NCBI GenBank assembly: GCA_965655095.1
Contig: OZ296653.1
Span: 9,920,001-9,984,000 of the forward strand
From: Haplodiscus bocki
Lineage: Eukaryota
DNA length: 64,000 nucleotides
Direction: 5' to 3'
The position numbers and the translations under genes were made by a program. Below the pieces are notes generated by a model. The model was not told the origin of the DNA and searched no databases. It saw only the letters and a program-made list of their open reading frames with translations. The first letter of the stretch is position 1. The number at the start of each line of letters is the position of its first letter. This document shows positions 44,501 through 59,500 of this stretch, in pieces.

Positions 44501-47500
44501 AAACTTCCAACTTTTGGTTGATGCATGGGCAAGGAACGATGATGATTTAATCGGTAGCGAGAACGCAGCAAAAGTGAAGCGAATCAATTTTCAGAAAACA
44601 TGTAAAGATGTTTGATTGAAACGACAATGGGAATACCACCTCTGTCACCCTGACCAGCTTTTAGATATGAGAAAAGAGAAATCGAGGAAATGCTATATGG
44701 ACGAGAGTGATTAAAAAACGTTTCTGCCGAAAGACTAAGAAGAGAACTTCTTAGATTGGCCTATGACAAGCAAAACTGTTTTCCCCGAAAACTATGCGTC
44801 AGACCATCCCAGCTCTTTAATGGATCCTCCGAGCAGTGACTAAATTGTTGAGCATGAATTGACATTAGACCTTTAGTTTTCCAAGGAAAGCGCCTTCGAA
44901 GAACGAAAGTAACAAACCTCATCCATTCTACAAAAACCAGTAAAAATTCGTCCGCCATAAAATTTGGCAAAAACAATCCCTAACGCGTATTAGATGCTAC
45001 AGGACGCGAAGTTAGTCAGCACTTGGGTGGAACCAATCCGAACAAAAATTCCCGAGGAAAAACTAATTAATGACTTGACAAAACAAAGGTACACAAATTA
45101 CGGTTATTCACGAAAAAAACGATCACGGATCTTGAGAGAAGCTCCTGCTAGCATCGAATAGTTGCATAGCACAAAACGGACCCAATCCGAACATTAGTCA
45201 ACAAGATAACTTTTAACGAACGGTATAAACATCTTCTTTCTACCACTTGAAAGTGACGATAATCGGTAGAAAAATTGAAAACAGACAATGCTGGCAGCTC
45301 ATCAGAAGCTAAAAGTAGCGAGTAGCTGAATCATCACTGGATAAAAACAATTCAAACATTAGTCATCAAGAGCAACGTTTGACGAAGTCTTCGATTTTTC
45401 AAACAAGTTCCTAAAACTGACTAGCAGAAGAGGCCACAGAAGTGGAACAAGACTATCCCAGCTGCTCATCAGAAAAGTCAGGAAGCGAGTAGTTGAGATA
45501 GCACTGGGTGGCACCAAACCGCAAAGCAGTTAAAAAACAAAGCCGCCTAAGGCCTATAGGACTTCGGAAAAACTTTGGGATAACTAAAGAACTTTTGCGT
45601 ATAAGCTGTGCTTACAGGGGCCACAATTCATCCCACCAAATTATTCTCAATGAGAAATTCGTCAAGCAAGAAGACTACGATAGCTTATGAAAAACTAACT
45701 GGAAGCTGTCTTTCAAAAGGACGTTCAAAAATGCGCTAATGAATACCAGCAAAATGGAGATTAAAATGGCTGTACATATAAAAACTAACAGAGGATAGAT
45801 ACCCTGCTAGTAATTAAAACTTCCAATTTTTGGTTGATGCATGGGCAATGAACGATGATGAATTAATCGTTAGCGAGAACGCAGCAAAAGTGAAGCGAAT
45901 CAATTTTCAGAAAACATGTAAAGATGTTTGATTGAAACGACAATCGGAATACCACCTCTGTCACCCTGACCAGCTTTAAGGTATGAGAAAAGAGAAATCG
46001 AGGAAATGCTATATGGACGAAAGTGATTAAAAAACGTTTCTGACGAAAGACTAAGAAGAGAACTTCTTAGATTGGCCTATGACAAGCAAAACTGCTTTCC
46101 CCGAAAACTATGCGTCAGACCATACCAGCTCTTTAATGGATCCTCTGAGCAGTGACTAAATTGTTGAGCATGAATTGACATTAGACATTTAGTTTTCCAA
46201 GAAAAGCGCCTTCGAAGAACGAAAGTAACAAACCTCATCCATTCTACAAAAACCAGTAAAAATTCGTCCGCCATAAAATTTGGCAAAAACAATCCCTAAC
46301 GCGTATTAGATGCTACAGGACGCGAAGTTAGTCAGCACTTGGGTGGAACCAATCCGAACAAAAATTCCCGAGGAAAAACTAATTAATGACTTGACAAAAC
46401 AAAGGTACACAAATTACGGTTATTCACGAAAAAAACGATCACGGATCTTGAGAGAAGCTCCTGCTAGCATCGAATAGTTGCATAGCACAAAACGGACCCA
46501 ATCCGAACATTAGTCAACAAGATAACTTTTAACGAACGGTATAAACATCTTCTTTCTACCACTTGAAAGTGACGATAATCGGTAGAAAAATTGAAAACAG
46601 ACAATGCTGGCAGCTCATCAGAAGCTAAAAGTAGCGAGTAGCTGAATCATCAATGGATAAAAACAATTCAAACATTAGTCATCAAGAGCAACGTTTGACG
46701 AAGTCTTCGATTTTTCAAACAAGTTCCTAAAACTGACTAGCAGAAGAGGCCACAGAAGTGGAACAAGACTATCCCAGCTGCTCATCAGAAAAGTCAGGAA
46801 GCGAGTAGTTGAGATAGCACTGGGTGGCACCAAACCGCAAAGCAGTTAAAAAACAAAGCCGCCTAAGGCCTATAGGACTTCGGAAAAACTTTGGGATAAC
46901 TAAAGAACTTTTGCGTATAAGCTGTGCTTACAGGGGCCACAATTCATCCCACCAAATTATTCTCAATGAGAAATTCGTCAAGCAAGAAGACTACGATAGC
47001 TTATGAAAAACTAACTGGAAGCTGTCTTTCAAAAGGACGTTCAAAAATGCGCTAATGAATACCAGCAAAAAGGAGATTAAAATGGCTGTACATATAAAAA
47101 CTAACAGAGGATAGATACCCTGCTAGTAATTAAAACTTCCAATTTTTGGTTGATGCATGGGCAATGAACGATGATGAATTAATCGTTAGCGAGAACGCAG
47201 CAAAAGTGAAGCGAATCAATTTTCAGAAAACATGTAAAGATGTTTGATTGAAACGACAATCGGAATACCACCTCTGTCACCCTGACCAGCTTTAAGGTAT
47301 GAGAAAAGAGAAATCGAGGAAATGCTATATGGACGAAAGTGATTAAAAAACGTTTCTGACGAAAGACTAAGAAGAGAACTTCTTAGATTGGCCTATGACA
47401 AGCAAAACTGCTTTCCCCGAAAACTATGCGTCAGACCATACCAGCTCTTTAATGGATCCTCTGAGCAGTGACTAAATTGTTGAGCATGAATTGACATTAG

Positions 47501-50500
47501 ACATTTAGTTTTCCAAGAAAAGCGCCTTCGAGGAACGAAAGTAACAAACCTCATCCATTCTACAAAAACCAGTAAAAAATTCCTTCGCCATAAAAGTTGG
47601 CAAAGACAATCCCAAACGCGTTTTAGATGCTACAGGACGCGAGTTTAGTCAGCACTTGGGTGGAACCAATCCGAACAAAAATTCTCGAGGAAAAACTAAT
47701 AAATGACTTAACAAAACAAAGGTACACAAATTACGGTTATTCACGAAAAAAACGATCACGGATCTTGAGAGAAGCTCCTGCTAGCATCGAATAGTTGCAT
47801 AGCACAAAACGGACCCAATCCGAACATTAGTCAACAAGATAACTTTTAACGAACGGTATAAACAACATCTTCTTTCTACCACTTGAAAGTGACGATAATC
47901 GGTAGAAAAATTGAAAACAGACAATGCTGGCAGCTCATCAGAAGCTAAAAGTAGCGAGTAGCTGAATCATCACTGGATAAAAACAATTCAAACATTAGTC
48001 ATCAAGAGCAACGTTTGACGAAGTCTTCGATTTTTCAAACAAGTTCCTAAAACTGACTAGCAGAAGAGGCCACAGAAGTGGAACAAGACTATCCCAGTTG
48101 CTCATCAGAAAAGTCAGGAAGCGAGTAGTTGAGATAGCACTGGGTGCCACCAAACCGCAAAGCAGTTAAAAAACAAAGCCGCCTAAGGCCGATAGGACTT
48201 CGGAAAAACTTTGGGATAACTAAAGAACTTTTGCGTATAAGCTGTGCTTACAGGGGCCACAATTCATCCCACCAAATTATTCTCAATGAGAAATTCGTCA
48301 GGCAAGAAGACTACGATAGCTTATGAAAAACTAACTGGAAGATGTCTTTCAAAAGGACGTTCAAAAAATGCGCTAATGAATACCAGCAAAATGGAGATTA
48401 AAATGGCTGTACATATAAAAACTAACAGAGGATAGATACCCTGCTAGTAATTAAAACTTCCAATTTTTGGTTGATGCATGGGCAATGAACGATGATGAAT
48501 TAATCGTGAGCGAGAACGCAGCAAAAGTGAAGCGAATCAATTTTCAGAAAACATGCAAAGATATTTGATTGAAACGACAATGGGAATACCACCTCTGTCA
48601 CCCTGACCAGCTTTTAGGCATGAGAAAAGAGAAATCAAGGAAATGCTATATGGACGAAAGTGATTAAAAAACGTTTCTGCCGAAAGACTAAGAAGAGAAC
48701 TTCTTAGATTGGCCTATGACGAGCAAAACTGTTTTCCCCAAAAACTATGCGTCAGACCATCCCAGCTCTTTAATGGATCCTCCGAGCAGTGACTAATTTG
48801 TTGAGCATGAATTGACTTTAGACCTTTAGTTTTCCAAGAAAAGCGCCTTCGAGGAACGAAAGTAACAAACCTCATCCATTCTACAAAAACCAGTAAAAAA
48901 TTCCTTCGCCATAAAAGTTGGCAAAGACAATCCCAAACGCGTATTAGATGCTACAGGACGCGAGTTTAGTCAGCACTTGGGTGGAACCAATCCGAACAAA
49001 AATTCTCGAGGAAAAACTAATGAATGACTTAACAAAACAAAGGTACACAAATTACGGTTATTCACGAAAAAAAACGATCACGGATCTTGAGAGAAGCTCC
49101 TGCTGGCATCGAATAGTTGCATAGCACAAAACGGACCCAATCCGAACATTAGTCAACAAGATAACTTTTAACGAACGGTATAAACAACATCTTCTTTCTA
49201 CCACTTGAAAGTGACGATAATCGGTAGAAAAATTGAAAACAGACAATGCTGGCAGCTCATCAGAAGCTAAAAGTAGCGAGTAGCTGAATCATCACTGGAT
49301 AAAAACAATTCAAACATTAGTCATCAAGAGCAAGGTTTGACGAAGTCTTCGATTTTTCAAACAAGTTCCTAAAACTGACTAGCAGAAGAGGCCACAGAAG
49401 TGGAACAAGACTATCCCAGCTGCTCATCAGAAAAGTCAGGAAGCGAGTAGTTGAGATAGCACTGGGTGGCACCAAACCGCAAAGCAGTTAAAAAACAAAG
49501 CCGCCTAAGGCCGATAGGACTTCGGAAAAACTTTGGGATAACTAAAGAACTTTTGCGTATAAGCTGTGCTTACAGGGGCCACAATTCATCCCACCAAACT
49601 ATTCTCAATGAGAAATTCGTCAAGCAAGAAGACTACGATAGCTTATGAAAAACTAACTGGAAGCTGTCTTTCAAAAGGACGTTCAAAAAATGCGCTAATC
49701 AATACCAGCAAAATGGAGATTAAAATGGCTGTACATATAAAAACTAACAGAGGATAGATACCCTGCTAGTAATTAAAACTTCCAATTTTTGGTTGATGCA
49801 TGGGCAATGAACGATGATGAATTAATCGTTAGCGAGAACGCAGCAAAAGTGAAGCGAATCAATTTTCAGAAAACATGTAAAGATGTTTGATTGAAACGAC
49901 AATGGGAATACCACCTCTGTCACCCTGACCAGCTTTTAGGTATGAGAAAAGAGAAATCGAGGAAAAGCTATATGGACGAAAGTGATTAAAAAACGTTTCT
50001 GCCGAAAGACTAAGAAGAGAACTTCTTAGATTGGCCTATGACAAGCAAAACTGTTTTCCCCGAAAACTATGCGTCAGACCATCCCAGCTCTTTAATGGAT
50101 CCTCCGAGCAGTGACTAATTTGTTGAGCATGAATTGACATTAGACCTTTAATTTTCCAAGAAAAGCGCCTTCGAGGAACGAAAGTAACAAACCTCATCCA
50201 TTCTACAAAAACCAGTAAAAAATTCCTTCGCCATAAAAGTAGGCAAAGACAATCCCAAACGCGTATTAGATGCTACAGGACGCGAGTTTAGTCAGCACTT
50301 GGGTGGAACCAATCCGAACAAAAATTCTCGAGGAAAAACTAATGAATGACTTAACAAAACAAAGGTACACAAATTACGGTTATTCACGGAAAAAACGATC
50401 ACGGATCTTGAGAGAAGCTCCTGCTGGCATCGAATAGTTGCATAGCACAAAACGGACCCAATCCGAACATTAGTCAACAAGATAACTTTTAACGAACGGT

Positions 50501-53500
50501 ATAAACAACATCTTCTTTCTACCACTTGAAAGTGACGATAATGGGTAGAAAAATTAAAAACAGACAATGCTGGCAGCTCATCAGAAGCTAAAAGTAGCGA
50601 GTAGCTGAATCATCACTGGATAAAAACAATTCAAACATTAGTATCAAGAGCAAGGTTTGACGAAGTCTTCGATTTTTCAAACAAGTTCCTAAAACTGACT
50701 AGCAGAAGAGGCCACAGAAGTGGAACAAGACTATCCCAGCTGCTCATCAGAAAAGTCAGGAAGCGAGTAGTTGAGATAGCACTGGGTGGCACCAAACCGC
50801 AAAGCAGTTAAAAAACAAAGCCGCCTAAGGCCGATAGGACTTCGGAAAAACTTTGGGATAACTAAAGAACTTTTGCGTATAAGCTGTGCTTACAGGGGCC
50901 ACAATTCATCCCACCAAACTATTCTCAATGAGAAATTCGTCAAGCAAGAAGACTACGATAGCTTATGAAAAACTAACTGGAAGCTGTCTTTCAAAAGGAC
51001 GTTCAAAAAAAGCGCTAATGAATACCAGCAAAATGGAGATTAAAATGGCTGTACATATAAAAACTAACAGAGGATAGATACCCTGCTAGTAATTAAAACT
51101 TCCAATTTTTGGTTGATGCATGGGCAATGAACGATGATGAATTAATCGTTAGCGAGAACGCAGCAAAAGTGAAGCGAATCAATTTTCAGAAAACATGTAA
51201 AGATGTTCGATTGAAACGACAATGGGAATACCACCTCTGTCACCCTGACCAGCTTTTAGGTATGAGAAAAGAGAAATCGAGGAAAAGCTATATGGACGAA
51301 AGTGATTAAAAAACGTTTCTGCCGAAAGACTAAGAAGAGAACTTCTTAGATTGGCCTATGACAAGCAAAACTGTTTTCCCCGAAAACTATGCGTCAGACC
51401 ATCCCAGCTCTTTAATGGATCCTCCGAGCAGTGACTAATTTGCTGAGCATGAATTGACTTTAGACCTTTAGTTTTCCAAGAAAAGCGCCTTCGAGGAACG
51501 AAAGTAACAAACCTCATCCATTCTACAAAAACCAGTAAAAAATTCCTTCGCCATAAAAGTTGGCAAAGACAATCCCTAACGCGTATTAGATGCTACAGGA
51601 CGCGAGTTTAGTCAGCACTTGGGTGGAACCAATCCGAACAAAAATTCTCGAGGAAAAACTAATGAATGACTTAACAAAACGAAGGTACACAAATTACGGT
51701 TATTCACGGAAAAAACGATCACGGATCTTGAGAGAAGCTCCTGCTAGCATCGAATAGTTGCATAGCACAAAACGGACCCAATCCGAACATTAGTCAAAAA
51801 GATAACTTTTAACGAACGGTATAAACATCTTCTTTCTACCACTTGAAAGTGACGATAATCGGTAGAAAAATTGAAAACAGACAATGCTGGCAGCTCATCA
51901 GAAGCTAAAAGTAGCGAGTAGCTGAATCATCACTGGATAAAAACAATTCAAACATTAGTCATCAAGAGCAAGGTTTGACGAAGTCTTCGATTTTTCAAAC
52001 AAGTTCCTAAAACTGACTAGCAGAAGAGGCCACAGAAGTGGAACAAGACTATCCCAGCTGCTCATCAGAAAAGTCAGGAAGCGAGTAGTTGAGATAGCAC
52101 TGGGTGGCACCAAACCGCAAAGCAGTTAAAAAACAAAGCCGCCTAAGGCCGATAGGACTTCGGAAAAACTTTGGGATAACTAAAGAACTTTTGCGTATAA
52201 GCTGTGCTTACAGGGGCCACAATTCATCCCACCAAACTATTCTCAATGAGAAATTCGTCAAGCAAGAAGACTACGATAGCTTATGAAAAACTAACTGGAA
52301 GCTGTCTTTCAAAAGGACGTTCAAAAAATGCGCTAATGAATACCAGCAAAATGGAGATTAAAATGGCTGTACATATAAAAACTAACAGAGGATAGATACC
52401 CTGCTAGTAATTAAAACTTCCAATTTTTGGTTGATGCATGGGCAATGAACGATGATGAATTAATCGTTAGCGAGAACGCAGCAAAAGTGAAGCGAATCAA
52501 TTTTCAGAAAACATGTAAAGATGTTTGATTGAAACGACAATGGGAATACCACCTCTGTCACCCTGACCAGCTTTTAGGTATGAGAAAAGAGAAATCGAGG
52601 AAAAGCTATATGGACGAAAGTGATTAAAAAACGTTTCTGCCGAAAGACTAAGAAGAGAACTTCTTAGATTGGCCTATGACAAGCAAAACTGTTTTCCCCG
52701 AAAACTATGCGTCAGACCATCCCAGCTCTTTAATGGATCCTCCGAGCAGTGACTAATTTGTTGAGCATGAATTGACATTAGACCTTTAATTTTCCAAGAA
52801 AAGCGCCTTCGAGGAACGAAAGTAACAAACCTCATCCATTCTACAAAAGCCAGTAAAAAATTCCTTCGCCATAAAAGTTGGCAAAGACAATCCCAAACGC
52901 GTATTAGATGCTACAGGACGCGAGTTTAGTCAGCACTTGGGTGGAACCAATCCGAACAAAAATTCTCGAGGAAAAACTAATAAATGACTTAACAAAACAA
53001 AGGTACACAAATTACGGTTATTCACGAAAAAAACGATCACGGATCTTGAGAGAAGCTCCTGCTAGCATCGAATAGTTGCATAGCACAAAACGGACCCAAT
53101 CCGAACATTAGTCAACAAGATAACTTTTAACGAATGGTATAAACAACATCTTCTTTCTACCACTTGAAAGTGACGATAATCAGAAAAATTGAAAACAGAC
53201 AAGGCTGGCAGCTCATCAGAAGCTAAAAGTAGCGAGTAGCTGAATCATCACTGGATAAAAACAATTCAAACATTAGTCATCAAGAGCAAGGTTTGACGAA
53301 GTCTTCGATTTTTCAAACAAGTTCCTAAAACTGACTAGCAGAAGAGGCCACAGAAGTGGAACAAGACTATCCCAGCTGCTCATCAGAAAAGTCAGGAAGC
53401 GAGAAGTTGAGATAGCACTGGGTGGCACCAAACCGCAAAGCAGTTAAAAAACAAAGCCGCCTAAGGCGGATTGGACTTCGGAAAAAATTTGGGAAAACTA

Positions 53501-56500
53501 AAGAACTTTTGCGTATCAGCTGTGCTTACAGGGGCCACAATTCATCCCACCAAATTATTCTCAATGAGAAATTCGTCAAGCAAGAAGACTATGATAGCTT
53601 ATGAAAAACTAACTGGAAGCTGTCTTTCAAAAGGACGTTCAAAAAATGCGCTAATGCATACCAGCAAAATGGAGATTAAAACGGCTGTACATATAAAAAC
53701 TAACAGAGGATACCCTGCTAGTAATTAAAACTTCCAATTTTTGGTTGATGCATGGGCAATGAACGATGATGAATTAATCGTTAGCGAGAACGCAGCAAAA
53801 GTGAAGCGAATCAATTTTCAGAAAACATGTAAAGATGTTTGATTGAAACGACAATGGGAATACCACCTCTGTCACCCTGACCAGCTTTTAGGTATGAGAA
53901 AAGAGAAATCGAGGAAAAGCTATATGGACGAAAGTGATTAAAAAACGTTTCTGCCGAAAGACTAAGAAGAGAACTTCTTAGATTGGCCTATGACAAGCAA
54001 AACTGTTTTCCCCGAAAACTATGCGTCAGACCATCCCAGCTCTTTAATGGATCCTCCGAGCAGTGACTAATTTGTTGAGCATGAATTGACATTAGACCTT
54101 TAGTTTTCCAAGAAAAGCGCCTTCGAGGAACGAAAGTAACAAACCTCATCCATTCTACAAAAACCATAAAAAATTCCTTCGCCATAAAAGTTGGCAAAGA
54201 CAATCCCAAACGCGTATTAGATGCTACAGGACGCGAGTTTAGTCAGCACTTGGGTGGAACCAATCCGAACAAAAATTCTCGAGGAAAAACTAATAAATGA
54301 CTTAACAAAACAAAGGTACACAAATTACGGTTATTCACGAAAAAAACGATCACGGATCTTGAGAGAAGCTCCAGCTAGCATCGAATAGTTGCATAGCACA
54401 AAACGGACCCAATCCGAACATTAGTCAACAAGATAACTTTTAACGAATGGTATAAACAACATTTTCTTTCTACCACTTGAAAGTGACGATAATCGGTAGA
54501 AAAATTGAAAACAGACAAGGCTGGCAGCTCATCAGAAGCTAAAAGTAGCGAGTAGCTGAATCATCACTGGATAAAAACAATTCAAACATTAGTCATCAAG
54601 AGCAAGGTTTGACGAAGTCTTCGATTTTTCAAACAAGTTCCTAAAACTGACTAACAGAAGAGGCCACAGAAGTGGAACAAGACTATCCCAGCTGCTCATC
54701 AGAAAAGTCAGGAAGCGAGTAGTTGAGATAGCACTGGGTGGCACCAAACCGCAAAGGCAGTTAAAAAACAAAGCCGCCTAAGGCGGATAGGACTTCGGAA
54801 AAAATTTGGGAAAACTAAAGAACTTTTGCGTATAAGCTGTGCTTACAGGGGCCACAATTCATCCCACCAAATTATTCTCAATGAGAAATTCGTCAAGCAA
54901 GAAGACTATGATAGCTTATGAAAAACTAACTGGAAGCTGTCTTTCAAAAGGACGTTCAGAAAGCGCTAATGAATACCAGCAAAATGGAGATTAAAATGGC
55001 TGTACATATAAAAACTAACAGAGGATACCCTGCTAGTAATTAAAACTTCCAATTTTTGATTGATGCATGGGCAATGAACGATGATGAATTAATCGTTAGC
55101 GAGAACGCAGCAAAAGTGAAGCGAATCAATTTTCAGAAAACATGTAAAGATGTTTGATTGAAACGCAAATGGGAATACCACCTCTGTCATCCTGACCAGC
55201 TTTTAGGTATGAGAAAAGAGAAATCGAGGAAATGCTATATGGACGAAAGTGATTAAAAAACGTTTCTGACGAAAGACTAAGAAGAGAACTTCTTAGATTG
55301 GCCTATGACAAGCAAAACTGTTTTCCCCGAAAACTATGCGTCAGACCATCCCAGCTCTTTAATGGATCCTCCGAGCAGTGACTAATTTATTGAGCATGAA
55401 TTGACATTAGACCTTTAGTTTTCCAAGAAAAGCGCCTTCGAGGAACGAAAGTAACAAACCTCATCCATTCTACAAAAACCAGTAAAAAATTCCTTCGCCA
55501 TAAAAGTTGGCAAAGACAATCCCAAACGCGTATTAGATGCTACAGGACGCGAGTTTAGTCAGCACTTGGGTGGAACCAATCCGAACAAAAATTCTCGAGG
55601 AAAAACTAATGAATGACTTAACAAAACAAAGGTACACAAATTACGGTTATTCACGAAAAAAACGACCACGGATCTTGAGAGAAGCTCCTGTTAGCATCGA
55701 ATAGTTGCGTAGCACAAAACGGACCCAATCCGAACATAAGTCAACAAGATAACTTTTAACGAACGGTATAAACAACATCTCCTTTCTATCACTTGAAAGT
55801 GACGATAATCGGTAGAAAAATTAAAAACAGACAATGCTGGCAGCTCATCAGAAGCTAAAAGTAGCGAGTAGCTGAATCATCACTGGATAAAAACAATTCA
55901 AACATTAGTCATCAAGAGCAAGGTTTGACAAAGTCTCCGATTTTTCAAACAAGTCCCTAAAACTGACTAGCAGAAGAGGCCACAGAAGTGGAACAAGACT
56001 ATCCCAGCTGCTCATCAGAGAAGTCAGGAAGCGAGTAGTTTAGATAGCAATGGGTGGCACCAAACCGCAAAGCAGTTAAAAAACAAAGCCGCCTAAGGCC
56101 GATAGGACTACGGAAAAACTTTGGGATAACTAAAGAACTTTTGCGTATAAGCTGTGCTTACAGGGGCCACAATTCATCCCACCAAATTATTCTCAATGAG
56201 AAATTCGTCAAGCAAGAAGACTACGATAGCTTATGAAAAACTAACTGGAAGCTGTCTTTCAAAAGGACGTTCAAAAAATGCGCTAATGAATACCAGCAAA
56301 ATGGAGATTAGAATGGCTGTACATATAAAAACTAACAGAGGATACCCTGCTAGTAATTAAAACTTCCAATTTTTGGTTGATGCATGGGCAATGAACGATG
56401 ATGAATTAATCGTTAGCGAGAACGCAGCAAAAGTGAAGCGAATCAATTTTCAGAAAACATGTAAAGATGTTTGCTTGAAACGACAATAGGAATACCACCT

Positions 56501-59500
56501 CTGTCACCCTGACCAACTTTTAGGTATGAGAAAAGAGAAATCGAGGAAATGCTATATGGACGAAAGTGATTAAAAAACGTTTCTGACGAACGACTAAGAA
56601 GAGAACTTCTTAGATTGGCCTATGACAAGCAAAACTGTTTTCCCCGAAAACTATGCGTCAGACCATCCCAGCTCTTTAATGGATCCTCCGAGCAGAGACT
56701 AATTTTTTTGAGCATGAATTGACATTAGACCTTTACTTTTCCAAGAAAAGCGCCTTCGAGGAACGAAAGTAACAAACCTCATCGATTCTACAACAACCAG
56801 TAAAAAACTACTTCGTCAAAAAAGTTGGCAAAGACAATCCCTAACGCGTATTAGATGCTAGAGGATGCGAGTGTAGTCAACACTCGGGTGGAGCTAATCC
56901 GAACAAAAAGTCTCGAGGAAAAACTAACGAATGACTAAACAAAACAAAGGTACACAAATTACGGTTATTCACGAAAAAAACCAACCCCGATCCTTGAGAG
57001 AAGCTCCATCAGCATGCAATAGTTGCATAGCACAAAACGGACCCAATCCGAACATTAGTCAACAAGATAACTTTTAACGAACGGTATAAACAACATCTTC
57101 TTTCTACCACTTGAAAGTGACGATAATCGGTAGAAAAATTGAAAACAGACAATGCTGGCAGCTCATCAGAAGCTAAAAGTAGCGAGTAGCTGAAACATCA
57201 TTGGATAACAACAATTCAAACATTAGTCATCAAGAGAAACGTTTGACAAATTCTTCGATTTTTCCTATAATTGACTAGCAGAAGAGGCCACAGAAGTGGA
57301 ACAAGACTATCCCAGCTGCTCATCAGAAAAGTCAGGAAGCGAGTAGTTGAGATAGCACTGGGTGGCACCAATCCGCAAAGCAGTTAAAAAACAAAGCCGC
57401 CTAAGGCGGATAGGACTTCGGAAAAAATTTGGGATAACTAAAGAACTTTTGCGCATAAGCTGGGCTTACAGGGGCCACAATTCATCCCACCAAATTATTC
57501 TCAATGAGAAATTCGTCAAGCAAGAAGACTATGATAGCTTATGAAAAACTAACTGGAAGCTGTCTTTCAAAAGGACGTTCAAAAAATGCGCTAATGAATA
57601 CCAGCAAAATGGAGATTAAAATGGCTGTACATATAAAAACTAACAGAGGATAGATACCCTGCTAGTAATTAAAACTTCCAATTTTTGGTTGATGCATGGG
57701 CAATGAACGATGATGAATTAATCGTTAGCGAGAACGCAGCAAAAGTGAAGCGAATCAATTTTCAGAAAACATGTAAAGATGTTTGATTGAAACGACAATG
57801 GGAATACCGCCTCTGTCACCCTGACCAGCTTTTAGGTATGAGAAAAGAGAAATCGAGGAAATGCTATATGGACGAAAGCGATTAAAAAACGTTTCTGCCG
57901 AAAGACTAAGAAGAGAACTTCTTAGATTGGCCTATGACAAGCAAAACTGTTTTCCCTGAAAACTATGCGTCAGACCATCCCAGCTTTTTATTGGATCCTC
58001 CGAGCAGTGACTAATTTGTTGAGCATGAATTGACATTAGACCTTTACTTTTCCAAGAAAAGCGCCTTCGAGGAACGAAAGTAACAAACCTCATCGATTCT
58101 ACAACAACCAGTAAAAAACTACTTCGTCAAAAAAGTTGGCAAAGACAATCCCTAACGCGTATTAGATGCTAGAGGATGCGAGTGTAGTCAACACTCGGGT
58201 GGAGCTAATCCGAACAAAAAGTCTCGAGGAAAAACTAACGAATGACTAAACAAAACAAAGGTACACAAATTACGGTTATTCACGAAAAAAACCAACCCCG
58301 ATCCTTGAGAGAAGCTCCATCAGCATGCAATAGTTGCATAGCACAAAACGGACCCAATCCGAACATTAGTCAACAAGATAACTTTTAACGAACGGTATAA
58401 ACAACATCTTCTTTCTACCACTTGAAAGTGACGATAATCGGTAGAAAAATTGAAAACAGACAATGCTGGCAGCTCATCAGAAGCTAAAAGTAGCGAGTAG
58501 CTGAAACATCATTGGATAACAACAATTCAAACATTAGTCATCAAGAGAAACGTTTGACAAATTCTTCGATTTTTCCTATAATTGACTAGCAGAAGAGGCC
58601 ACAGAAGTGGAACAAGACTATCCCAGCTGCTCATCAGAAAAGTCAGGAAGCGAGTAGTTGAGACAACACTGGGTGGCACCAATCCGCAAAGCAGTTCAAA
58701 AACAAAGCCGCCTAAGGCGGATAGGACTTCGGAAAAATTTTGGGATAACTAAAGAACTTTTGCGTATAAGCTGTGCTTACAGGGGCCACAATTCATCCCA
58801 CCAAATTATTCTCAATGAGAAATTCGTCAAGCAAGAAGACTATGATAGCTTATGAAAAACTAACTGGAAGCTGTCTTTCAAAAGGACGTTCAAAAAAATG
58901 CGCAAATGAATACCAGCAAAATGGAGATTAAAATGGCTGTACACATAAAAACTAACAGAGGATACCCTGCTAGTAATTGAAACTTCCAAATTTTGGTTGA
59001 TGCATGGGCAATGAACGATGATGAATTAATCGTTAGCGAGAACGCAGCAAAAGTGAAGCGAATCAATTTTCAGAAAACATGTAAAGATGTTTGATTGAAA
59101 CGACAATGGGAATACCACCTGTGTCACCCTGACCAGCTTTCAGGTATGAGAAAAGAGAAATCGAGGAAATGCTATATGGACGAAAGTGATTAAAAAACGT
59201 TTCTGACGAAAGACTAAGAAGAGAACTTCTTAGATTGGCCTATGACAAGCAAAACTGTTTTCCCTGAAAACTATGCGTCAGACCATCCCAGCTTTTTAAT
59301 GGATCCTCCGAGCAGTGACTAATTTGTTGAGCATGAATTGACATTAGACCTTTAGTTTTCCAAGAAAAGCGCCTTCGAGGAACGAAAGTAACAAACCTCA
59401 TCCATTCCACAAAAACCAGTAAAAAATTCCTTCGCCATAAAAGTTGGCAAAGACAATCCCAAACGCGTATTAGATGCTACAGGACGCGAGTTTAGTCAGC

